DNA of 33,239 bases from Gordonia sp. (in: high G+C Gram-positive bacteria). GTDB taxonomy: Bacteria; Actinomycetota; Actinomycetes; Mycobacteriales; Mycobacteriaceae. A program made the position numbers and the translations under genes. The DNA is taken from contig NZ_JBAQWU010000312.1 in assembly GCF_049299075.1 (NCBI RefSeq), forward strand, positions 1 through 33,239, read 5' to 3'. Shown piece by piece: positions 1 to 7,847 of this stretch; position 1 is the stretch's first letter; every line of letters starts with the position of its first letter. Under the pieces are notes generated by a model. That model was not told the DNA's origin. It saw only the letters and a program-made list of their open reading frames with translations, and ran no database searches.

Positions 1-1
1 G

Positions 2-1321
2 GTGAACGCTCCGAGCGACGAGGAGATCGCGCGCATGCGCCGCGGCGCCGTGCTGATTTCGATGATGGCCCCGGCCCGTAATCCCGAACTGGTGGAGAAG
101 CTCGCGGCCGCGGGCGTGACTGCGCTGGCCATGGATGCGGTGCCGCGCATATCGCGTGCTCAGTCGATGGATGTGCTGAGTTCGATGGCCAACGTCGCGG
201 GCTACCGTGCCGTGGTCGAGGCCGCCCACGAGTTTGGCCGGATGTTCACCGGACAGGTGACCGCCGCGGGCAAGATCCCGCCGGCCCGCGTCTTTGTGGT
301 GGGTGCCGGGGTGGCCGGTCTGGCCGCGATCGGTGCCGCCTCGGCGATGGGCGCCATTGTGCGTGCCTTCGACGTGCGCCCGGAGGTGGCCGAGCAGGTC
401 GAGTCGATGGGCGCGGAGTTCGTCAAGGTCGACTTCGAGGCGGAGAAGTCCGAGGACGGTTACGCCAAGGAGATGACCGCCGAACAGGTGGCCGCTACCG
501 CGTCGATGTACGACGAGGAGGCCCGCGCCGCCGACATCGTCATCACCACCGCGCTGATCCCCGGCCGTCCCGCGCCGGAACTGATCACTGCCGACGCCGT
601 TGCCGGCATGAAGCACGGCTCGGTGATCGTCGATATGGCGGCAGCGAACGGCGGCAACGCCGCGGGCACCGTCACCGACGAGAAGGTCGTCACCGCGAAT
701 GGGGTGACCATTCTGGGATATACGGATCTGGCTGGACGTCTGGCCGCACAGACCTCTCAGCTCTACGGCACCAACATCGTCAACCTGCTCAAGCTGCTGA
801 CGCCGGAGAAGAACGGCGAGCTGACGCTCGACATGGACGACGTGGTGCAGCGCGGTATCACCGTGACCCGTGACGGCGAGGGCATGTGGCCCCCGCCCCC
901 GGTGCAGGTGTCGGCCGCGCCGAAGACCGCGCCGGCCGCCGCCGTCGAGGTCGCTCCCGCGAAGGAGCCGATGTCGGCGGGCAAGAAGGTCGGCCTGGTG
1001 CTCCTGGGTATCGTCGCCTTCTTCCTAGTCAACGCCTTCGCTCCGGGAGATATCCCGCGGCACTTCACCGTGCTGATGCTGGCGATCGTGATCGGCTACT
1101 ACGTCATCGGGAACGTGGCGCATGCATTGCACACTCCGCTGATGTCGGTCACCAATGCCATCTCCGGCGTGGTGGTCGTGGGCGCGATACTGCAGCTGGC
1201 CACGACCAACACCACAGTTCTGGTGCTGTCGACCATCGCGATTCTGCTCGCGTCCATCAACGTCTTCGGTGGCTTCGCGGTCACCCGTCGCATGCTGTCC
1301 ATGTTCAGCAAGGGGGCCTGA
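2..1321 (+). CDS. pntA: NAD(P) transhydrogenase subunit alpha (5'-truncated by the window edge)
   Basis: [32 protein letters not shown] (NAD binding), [15 protein letters not shown], then membrane segments with [16 protein letters not shown]; immediately upstream of pntB. The true start lies before base 1. Confidence 0.97.
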   Translation: MNAPSDEEIARMRRGAVLISMMAPARNPELVEKLAAAGVTALAMDAVPRISRAQSMDVLSSMANVAGYRAVVEAAHEFGRMFTGQVTAAGKIPPARVFVVGAGVAGLAAIGAASAMGAIVRAFDVRPEVAEQVESMGAEFVKVDFEAEKSEDGYAKEMTAEQVAATASMYDEEARAADIVITTALIPGRPAPELITADAVAGMKHGSVIVDMAAANGGNAAGTVTDEKVVTANGVTILGYTDLAGRLAAQTSQLYGTNIVNLLKLLTPEKNGELTLDMDDVVQRGITVTRDGEGMWPPPPVQVSAAPKTAPAAAVEVAPAKEPMSAGKKVGLVLLGIVAFFLVNAFAPGDIPRHFTVLMLAIVIGYYVIGNVAHALHTPLMSVTNAISGVVVVGAILQLATTNTTVLVLSTIAILLASINVFGGFAVTRRMLSMFSKGA

Positions 1322-1327
1322 CGCATC

Positions 1328-2782
1328 ATGACTATCGCAACTATGACTGTCGCGGCGTACATCGTCGCTTCGCTGCTGTTCATCCTGTCACTAGCCGGTC
1401 TGAGCAAGCATGAGTCCGCTAAGAGTGGCCTCACCTACGGTATGGCCGGTATGGCTATTGCGCTGGTCGCGACCATCACCATGATGGTCAACGACGTCGA
1501 TCACCTCGAGTTCGGCACCGTCTCGTTCAGTAAGTGGCTGCCGATCGGTCTGCTGATCGGGGCGATCGTGATCGGCGCTCTGATCGGTCTGTGGCGCGCC
1601 AAGGTCGTCGAGATGACCGGCATGCCTGAGCTCATCGCTCTGCTGCACTCGTTCGTCGGTCTGGCCGCAGTGCTCATCGGCTGGAACGGCGCCATCGCCG
1701 GTGTCCACGCCGACCCGCTTGACGCCGACTACGGTGCGCTCGTCGGTATACACGGCGCCGAGGTCGCGATCGGTATCTTCATCGGTGCGGTCACCTTCAC
1801 CGGTTCGATCGTCGCTAACCTGAAGCTGTCGGCGCGCATCAAATCTGCACCGCTCATGCTGCCGGGCAAGAACTTCATCAACGTCGGCTCGATCGTCGTC
1901 TTTGCCGCGCTCACCGCCTGCTATGTGGCGCGTGACGTCAAGGACGACACCACCGGCTACGTGCTGCTTGCGGTGATCACTGCCCTGGCCCTGTTCCTGG
2001 GCTGGCACCTGGTTGCTTCGATCGGCGGCGGCGATATGCCGGTTGTCGTGTCCATGCTGAACTCGTACTCCGGTTGGGCCGCGGCCGCGTCGGGCTTCCT
2101 GCTCGGCAACGACCTGCTGATCGTGACCGGTGCGCTGGTCGGTTCCTCGGGTGCCTACCTGAGCTACATCATGTGCAAGGCGATGAACCGCTCGTTCATC
2201 TCGGTGATCGCCGGTGGCTTCGGTATCGCGGCTCCCGCGTCCGACGACACCGATTACGGCGAGCACCGCGAGATCGGGGCGGACGGCGTCGCCGAGCTGC
2301 TGTCGAACGCCTCGTCGGTGATCATCACCCCGGGTTACGGTATGGCCGTCGCCCAGGCGCAGTACCCGGTCGCCGACCTGACCGCGAAGCTGCGGGCCAA
2401 GGGCATTGCTGTCCGGTTCGGTATCCACCCGGTTGCCGGTCGACTTCCCGGCCACATGAACGTACTGCTCGCCGAGGCGAAGCTGCCGTACGACATCGTC
2501 GAAGAGATGGATGAGATCAACGGCGATTTCTCGGACACTGACGTCGTCCTGGTGATCGGCGCCAACGACACGGTCAACCCGGCCGCGTCGGAGGATCCGA
2601 CCTCGCCCATCGCCGGCATGCCGGTCCTGGAAGTGTGGAACGCGCGCGACGTCATCGTCTTCAAGCGCTCGATGGCCGCCGGTTACGCCGGTGTCCAGAA
2701 CCCGCTGTTCTTCCGGGACAACACCCAGATGCTGTTCGGCGACGCGAAGGACCGCGTCGAAGACATCATCGCCGCGCTGTAG
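1328..2782 (+). CDS. pntB: NAD(P) transhydrogenase subunit beta
   Basis: [72 protein letters not shown]; 6 nt after pntA. Confidence 0.98.
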   Translation: MTIATMTVAAYIVASLLFILSLAGLSKHESAKSGLTYGMAGMAIALVATITMMVNDVDHLEFGTVSFSKWLPIGLLIGAIVIGALIGLWRAKVVEMTGMPELIALLHSFVGLAAVLIGWNGAIAGVHADPLDADYGALVGIHGAEVAIGIFIGAVTFTGSIVANLKLSARIKSAPLMLPGKNFINVGSIVVFAALTACYVARDVKDDTTGYVLLAVITALALFLGWHLVASIGGGDMPVVVSMLNSYSGWAAAASGFLLGNDLLIVTGALVGSSGAYLSYIMCKAMNRSFISVIAGGFGIAAPASDDTDYGEHREIGADGVAELLSNASSVIITPGYGMAVAQAQYPVADLTAKLRAKGIAVRFGIHPVAGRLPGHMNVLLAEAKLPYDIVEEMDEINGDFSDTDVVLVIGANDTVNPAASEDPTSPIAGMPVLEVWNARDVIVFKRSMAAGYAGVQNPLFFRDNTQMLFGDAKDRVEDIIAAL

Positions 2783-2799
2783 GTCCACGGGCTGAGCTA

Positions 2800-2844
2800 A
2801 ACGCCGCCGTCAGTTGTCACCAGATGACACCTGACGGCGGCGTT
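2800..2844. terminator. GC-rich hairpin at the convergent pntB / HD-gene junction (probable bidirectional terminator or REP-like element)
   Basis: AACGCCGCCGTCAG (2800-2813) pairs perfectly with CTGACGGCGGCGTT (2831-2844), with an inner TGTCA/TGACA stem; overlaps the stop codon of the minus-strand gene. Confidence 0.7.
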
Positions 2845-3418
2845 CGGCATCTGCCTGAACGAGCTCGCGGCCGATATTGGCGCGCGCCTGCGCCTCCCAG
2901 CGCTGGTGTGCGGGTGCGGACGCGAAGATGTGATCGCGTTCCAGAAACTCGGCGAGCAGTCCGCTGCGTCCGCTGCGGAAGAGGTCGTCCGGTACTTGGT
3001 GGAACTCCTCGCGGACGTTGAGTGCGTACTCGTCATAGCGCTCCGGACTTGACCCGAGTACCGCGAAGTCGGCGTCGGACAGGGCGATGCCATTGCGGTC
3101 GCCGGGCTCTGGACGGTGCTGAGCAGTCAGTACGACGAGGCGGGCGACCTCGTCGCGATCGGGGTCGTCGGCCAGGAGCTCACGGGCGAGGTCCGCGGAC
3201 GCTTGCTCGTTGTCAGCGCGGAGTGGTTGATAGATCGCGTCATGGAACCAGGCGGCGAGCACGACGGGACGCTCGGCGAAGTCGAGCCCATCCGCGCGGA
3301 CAGTTTGCAGTGCCGCGAGAACCTCGTCGAGGTGCTGCTGGTTGTGATGGCGTCGGTGCGGCTCGTTCCACCGACGGAATAGTTCCTCTGCGATGGCGGG
3401 CGCGATGGTGGGGTCCAT
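2810..3418 (-). CDS. Predicted metal-dependent HD-superfamily phosphohydrolase (COG4339-like)
   Basis: EPHRRHHNQQHL, AAWFHDAIY (HD), DNEQASA, DADFAVLG, YALNVREEF, WEAQARANI match the family pattern. TACCTT -10 box 6 nt before the ATG suggests a leaderless mRNA. Confidence 0.85.
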   Translation of the reverse strand: MDPTIAPAIAEELFRRWNEPHRRHHNQQHLDEVLAALQTVRADGLDFAERPVVLAAWFHDAIYQPLRADNEQASADLARELLADDPDRDEVARLVVLTAQHRPEPGDRNGIALSDADFAVLGSSPERYDEYALNVREEFHQVPDDLFRSGRSGLLAEFLERDHIFASAPAHQRWEAQARANIGRELVQADAERRRQVSSGDN

Positions 3419-3539
3419 GGGGAGAAGGTAGACCCGACGGCCCAGTAGGGGGGAGATGTGCGTTCCAGATCACTCTTCGAGCCTCGGCAGACCGCCTCGG
3501 TGCACTCGATTCCGGTGGGGGCGCGGCGGGCGTCCAGGC

Positions 3540-4280
3540 TCACCAGCGGCCCAGGACGCGGAAATGGGTGGTCATCCGGTGGTTCTCGATCACGTGCAAG
3601 GCCAGACCCGGTCCCTGGGATTCGTTGACCCAGCCATCGGATTCGCACGGCAGGTTCAGCGTCGAGGCGACGCCGGGCGCCACGATCAGCGGGCGGCCGG
3701 CGAAGACCGTGGCGGCGGGCGTGTGCGCGTGTCCGGTCACCACGCCCACCACGTTGGGGTGGTCGGTCACGAGTGCGGCGGCCCGCTCGACGTCGTGGAG
3801 CTTGCGTGAATCCATGTGCGGCATACCCAGATCCGCCGGCGGGTGATGCCAGGTGAGCAGGACGTCGACCTCGCCAGCGGCGGCGATCTGTGCGCGGGCC
3901 CAGGCGAGGGAGGTCTCCTCGAGGCGACCGGCGGACTCTCCCGGGATCGACGAGTCCAGTCCGACGATCAACAGGTCCTCCAGGCGCACCACCGAATTCA
4001 CCGGATCGGTGCAGGGGGCGCCGTCACGGATCGTCGTATAGGCGGCGCGGTCGTCGTGATTGCCCAGCAACGTCAGAATCGGCAGATGGGACTGTAGGTG
4101 CGCGGCTGCCTCGGCGTACTCGCGGGCCGTGCCGTCGTTGGTCAGGTCGCCAGTCACCAGCAGGGCCGCAACCCGGTCGCCGACGGTGGAATGAACGTAG
4201 TCCAGGACGGCGGAGATACGGTCGCGGTGGGCGGGGGTCCCGTTGAAATGCAGGTCGCTGATCTGTGCGACGACCACCAT
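3540..4280 (-). CDS. Calcineurin-like metallophosphoesterase (CpdA/Icc/GpdQ-type phosphodiesterase)
   Basis: All five metal-binding blocks are present: ISDLH, TGDL, GNHD, HHP, GHAH. RBS-like GAAGGGG upstream. Confidence 0.9.
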   Translation of the reverse strand: MVVVAQISDLHFNGTPAHRDRISAVLDYVHSTVGDRVAALLVTGDLTNDGTAREYAEAAAHLQSHLPILTLLGNHDDRAAYTTIRDGAPCTDPVNSVVRLEDLLIVGLDSSIPGESAGRLEETSLAWARAQIAAAGEVDVLLTWHHPPADLGMPHMDSRKLHDVERAAALVTDHPNVVGVVTGHAHTPAATVFAGRPLIVAPGVASTLNLPCESDGWVNESQGPGLALHVIENHRMTTHFRVLGRW

Positions 4281-4392
4281 CGCTGAACCCCTTCGTGCGC
4301 CGATCGGCCATGCCGACGCAGACCACTGTCCAGGCTAGCGGCAACCCGGTGGCAAGGGGCAACCCGAAGGTGCGTGACTTTCGCCGCGGAAG

Positions 4393-5598
4393 CTACGACG
4401 TGGTCGCGACCACTCCCTCGGCGAAACGATAGGGGTTGGCCGCCAGGAGTCCGCCCAGATGTTTACGCAGCCGGGACATCTCCGAACGCACCGCGATCCG
4501 TTGCGTCGGATTGCCGAACAAATGCTCGGACAGTTGCGCCGCGCTGAGACCGTCCGGGTGGTGGGCCAGTAGGGCCAGCAACTGGGCATGCCGTGGTGAC
4601 GGGCGATGGACCCACGTTCCGGTCGCACCGGAGACGCGGACCAGCGGAGCGTCACCGGTCACCAGTTCGACGCGCACCTCGCCCGACGTCGAGTCCGCCT
4701 CGGCGACCCGGACGAGCCAGCCGCCGGGCATAGGTTCCAGCTCGCAGTCGCCGATCCCGTGCAGGTAGTGGCGTCCGGCCGTCGTGCTTCGGGGCAGCGG
4801 AAGGCGAGAACGCGCATCCACTGCGTCGAGTGCGGCGACCCAGCCGTAGGAGTCGACGACGAAGGCTGGGCCAGCCGAGCGCGCCAGCATCGGTGCACCG
4901 ACCGCGCGGAGCTCGTCGAGTCGGGCCCGGTGGGCTTCGCGCAGCTCGGACTCGGCGAGCTTGGCGACCGTGTCTACCAGTGCGAGGGTGGTCGGATGGA
5001 TGGTGGCCGCCGGGCCGCTGACGTCGATCGCGCCGAGCACCGCACCCGAGCGCGGATCGCGGATCGGTGCGCCCGCGCAGGTCCACCCGTGATGGCTGCG
5101 GACGAAGTGTTCGGCGGAAAAGACCTGGACCGCGCGGCCGGACGCCAGTGCGGTGCCGATGGCGTTGGTTCCCACCGATTGCTCCGACCAGGACGCGCCC
5201 TCGGTGAAACCGAGCCGGTCGGCGCGGTGCAGCACCCGGTTCACCCCGTTACGCCACAGGACTCGGCCCGCGGTATCGGCGACCACCAGGATGTTCTCGC
5301 CGTCGACGATCAGGGTGTCCAGGTGGTGCATCAGCGGCTCGAGGAGTTCGCTGAGGCCGGAGGCGGCTCGTCGTTCCTGCAGCTCCATCGGATCGAGGAC
5401 CGGCGCGGTGGTGTCGACGTCGGGCCGTACGCCCGCTTCGCGGACCCGAGCCCACGACTCGCCGATCACCGAGCGCGGCCGGGCAGGCGGCTTCTGTCCG
5501 GCCATCTCGGCGTCGTAGACGGCATGCAGCACGGCGGCGAAGGCTCGCGGATCGTCGCCGGCGGCCAAGGCTGGCTCGGGCAGTAGCGGCAGCGACAT
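4393..5598 (-). CDS. GAF-domain transcriptional activator with C-terminal HTH (AcoR/DhaR-like sensor N-terminus, no sigma54 AAA+ domain)
   Basis: RSVIGESWAR, WSEQSVGTNAIGTAL, EHF..HHGWTCAGAPIRDP, GAIDVSG; C-terminal LSEHLFG..VRSEMSRLRKHLG. Start chosen at ATG 5598 after GAAGGAGG. Confidence 0.88.
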   Translation of the reverse strand: MSLPLLPEPALAAGDDPRAFAAVLHAVYDAEMAGQKPPARPRSVIGESWARVREAGVRPDVDTTAPVLDPMELQERRAASGLSELLEPLMHHLDTLIVDGENILVVADTAGRVLWRNGVNRVLHRADRLGFTEGASWSEQSVGTNAIGTALASGRAVQVFSAEHFVRSHHGWTCAGAPIRDPRSGAVLGAIDVSGPAATIHPTTLALVDTVAKLAESELREAHRARLDELRAVGAPMLARSAGPAFVVDSYGWVAALDAVDARSRLPLPRSTTAGRHYLHGIGDCELEPMPGGWLVRVAEADSTSGEVRVELVTGDAPLVRVSGATGTWVHRPSPRHAQLLALLAHHPDGLSAAQLSEHLFGNPTQRIAVRSEMSRLRKHLGGLLAANPYRFAEGVVATTS

Positions 5599-5616
5599 TC
5601 GCCCCTCCTTCATCGG

Positions 5617-5632
5617 TGTGTGTGCGGTCACA
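5617..5632. promoter_or_regulatory. CRP/GlxR-like site upstream of the GAF regulator
   Basis: TGTGT-gtgcgg-TCACA matches TGTGA-N6-TCACA at 9/10 positions. Confidence 0.5.
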
Positions 5633-5674
5633 TCCGAGAGTGCGCTCAGCGCGTGGATCCGTCAACCGAAACGT

Positions 5675-5693
5675 GCTGCAACCGGCTGCATCC
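5675..5693 (+). promoter_or_regulatory. TGCAAC-N4-TGCA(A/T)C direct repeat, candidate activator site
   Basis: GCTGCAACCGGCTGCATCC in the divergent regulator/monooxygenase spacer; 17/19 identical to 32116-32134. Confidence 0.6.
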
Positions 5694-5741
5694 CTTGCCG
5701 CCAGCAGTGGCCGGGGAGTCTGCTTGCTGACAAGCGCCGAG

Positions 5742-5757
5742 CGTGATCTGAATCACC
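5742..5757. promoter_or_regulatory. CRP/GlxR-like site upstream of the monooxygenase
   Basis: cGTGA-tctgaa-TCACc has the perfect GTGA-N6-TCAC core. Confidence 0.55.
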
Positions 5758-5837
5758 CCCGCTCGGTGAATCACTACCCGAAGTCCCCACCACCCGCAGT
5801 CCCCCCGATACGCAGTCCCCCGATGCAAGGAGCTCCC

Positions 5838-7676
5838 GTGACGCAAACCCTGGAACCAGAGACCACCGCCGGCGCCCCGAGCGCCCAGGACCGGGTCGAT
5901 GCCTGGCTGACCGGCTTCTCGGCCGCGTTGACCGCCGGTGACGCCCAGGCCGCCGCCGAAATGTTCGCCGTCGACAGCTACTGGCGAGATCTGGTGGCCT
6001 TCACCTGGAACCTGAAGACATCGGAGGGCCGCGACGAGATCGCCGCGATGCTCACCGACCGGCTCGCCGACACCGGGCCGACGGGCTGGCACACCACCGA
6101 ACCGGCGACCGATACCGATGGTGTCGCGGAAGCCTTCATCGCCTTTGAGACCAGAGTGGGGCGCGGCGAGGGGCACCTCCGGATCAAGCCGGGCCCCGAC
6201 GGCGCCGACGAAGGGTGGACCCTGCTCACCACGCTGCAGGAACTCACCGGGCACGAGGAACCCGCCGGCTTCACCCGCCCGCTCGGTGCGGTGCACGGGG
6301 CAGATCCAGACCAGCGGTCGTGGGCGCAGCGGCGCGAGGACGAACTGGACGAACTGGGCCGCGCCGTGCAGCCCTATGTGCTGGTCATCGGGGGCGGCCA
6401 GGGCGGCATCGCTCTCGGCGCGCGGCTGCGCCAGCTCGGCGTACCCGCCCTCGTCGTCGACAAGCACGACCGTCCCGGCGACCAATGGCGCAAGCGGTAC
6501 AAGTCGCTCTGCCTGCACGATCCGGTCTGGTACGACCACCTGCCGTACCTGCCGTTCCCGGCCAACTGGCCGGTCTTTGCCCCGAAGGACAAGGTCGGCG
6601 ACTGGCTGGAGTTCTACACCAAGGTCATGGAGGTGCCGTACTGGTCGCGCACCGAATGCACGTCGGCGTCGTACGACGAGGCGGCCGGAGTGTGGACGGT
6701 GCAGGTCAATCACGACGGTGAGGAACTGACCCTGCACCCCACTCAACTGGTGCTGGCGACCGGCATGTCGGGCAAAGCGAATGTGCCCAGCTTCCCGGGT
6801 CAGGACGTCTTTGCCGGCGAGCAGCACCACTCCAGCGCCCACCCCGGACCCGATGACTATGTCGGCAAGAAGGTCGTGGTGATCGGCGCCAACAACTCGG
6901 CGCACGACATCTGCAAGGCGCTGGTGGAGTCGGGCATCGACACCACCATGGTGCAGCGCAGTTCGACGCACATCGTCAAGTCCGATTCGCTGATGGAGAT
7001 CGGTCTGGGCGCGCTGTACAGCGAGCAGGCCGTCCAGGACGGGATGACTACCAAGAAGGCTGACTACACCTTCGCGTCGCTGCCCTACCGGATCATGCAT
7101 CAGTTCCAGATCCCGCTGTACGACCAGATTCGCGAGCGGGACAAGGACTTCTACGCTGCGCTCGAGGCCGCCGGATTCGACCTCGACTTCGGCGACGATG
7201 GCTCGGGGCTCTTCATGAAGTACCTGCGCCGCGGCTCGGGCTATTACATCGATGTCGGCGCCTGCGATCTGGTGGCCGATGGCACCATCAAGCTCGCCAA
7301 GGGCGGCGTCGACCACCTCACCGAGAACTCGGTGGTGCTCACCGACGGCACCGAACTACCGGCCGACGTCGTCGTTTACGCGACCGGCTACGGCTCGATG
7401 AACGGCTGGGCCGCCGACCTGATGGGCCAGGACGTGGCCGACCGGGTGGGCAAGGTGTGGGGTCTGGGTTCGGAGACCACCAAGGATCCCGGCCCGTGGG
7501 AGGGCGAACAGCGCAACATGTGGAAGCCCACCCAGCAGCCGGGTCTGTGGTTCCATGGCGGCAATCTGCATCAGTCGCGCCACTATTCGCTGTACCTCGC
7601 ATTGCAACTCAAGGCTCGCTACGAGGGGATCGACACCCCGGTGTACGGCCTGCAGGAGGTGCATCACCTGAGCTGA
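5838..7676 (+). CDS. Flavin-containing monooxygenase with an N-terminal SnoaL-like extension (type II FMO-like)
   Basis: N-terminal FAVDSYWRDLVAFTWNLKT, VIGGGQGG (FAD), WRKRYKSLCLHDPVWYDHLPY, FAGEQHHSSAH, VIGANNSAHD, YATGY. GTG start at 5838 after AAGGAG. Confidence 0.88.
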   Translation: MTQTLEPETTAGAPSAQDRVDAWLTGFSAALTAGDAQAAAEMFAVDSYWRDLVAFTWNLKTSEGRDEIAAMLTDRLADTGPTGWHTTEPATDTDGVAEAFIAFETRVGRGEGHLRIKPGPDGADEGWTLLTTLQELTGHEEPAGFTRPLGAVHGADPDQRSWAQRREDELDELGRAVQPYVLVIGGGQGGIALGARLRQLGVPALVVDKHDRPGDQWRKRYKSLCLHDPVWYDHLPYLPFPANWPVFAPKDKVGDWLEFYTKVMEVPYWSRTECTSASYDEAAGVWTVQVNHDGEELTLHPTQLVLATGMSGKANVPSFPGQDVFAGEQHHSSAHPGPDDYVGKKVVVIGANNSAHDICKALVESGIDTTMVQRSSTHIVKSDSLMEIGLGALYSEQAVQDGMTTKKADYTFASLPYRIMHQFQIPLYDQIRERDKDFYAALEAAGFDLDFGDDGSGLFMKYLRRGSGYYIDVGACDLVADGTIKLAKGGVDHLTENSVVLTDGTELPADVVVYATGYGSMNGWAADLMGQDVADRVGKVWGLGSETTKDPGPWEGEQRNMWKPTQQPGLWFHGGNLHQSRHYSLYLALQLKARYEGIDTPVYGLQEVHHLS

Positions 7677-7738
7677 TTGTCCCGCCCGGCGAATGGTCCG
7701 GCGGTCGAGTCTCCGGCAGGTTCGCTGGCACTGGGGTG

Positions 7739-7767
7739 AGCTCCGTGGTCCATTGGTCCACGGAGCT
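7739..7767. terminator. Hairpin between the convergent monooxygenase and ligD genes
   Basis: AGCTCCGTGG (7739-7748) pairs with CCACGGAGCT (7758-7767). Confidence 0.6.
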
Positions 7768-7799
7768 TCGCTCGGTGTCAGTGAAGGAGGCTCCGGTGG

Positions 7800-7847
7800 G
7801 GTCTCCCTACAGGTCTCCCTACAGGTCTCCCTGCAGGTCGCCGGGCA
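7800..7847. repeat. 12-bp tandem repeat spanning the ligD stop codon
   Basis: GGTCTCCCTACA, GGTCTCCCTACA, GGTCTCCCTGCA, then degenerate GGTCGCCGGGCA. Confidence 0.9.

Noticed and set aside
5616..5837. 74-aa N-terminal extension of the FMO in the ORF track (also extensions of ku, ACAD, mpaB-like, double-TetR and budC)
   Set aside because: The extensions overlap promoters or neighbouring genes. Downstream starts have a proper RBS or -10 spacing and coincide with the start of family similarity.
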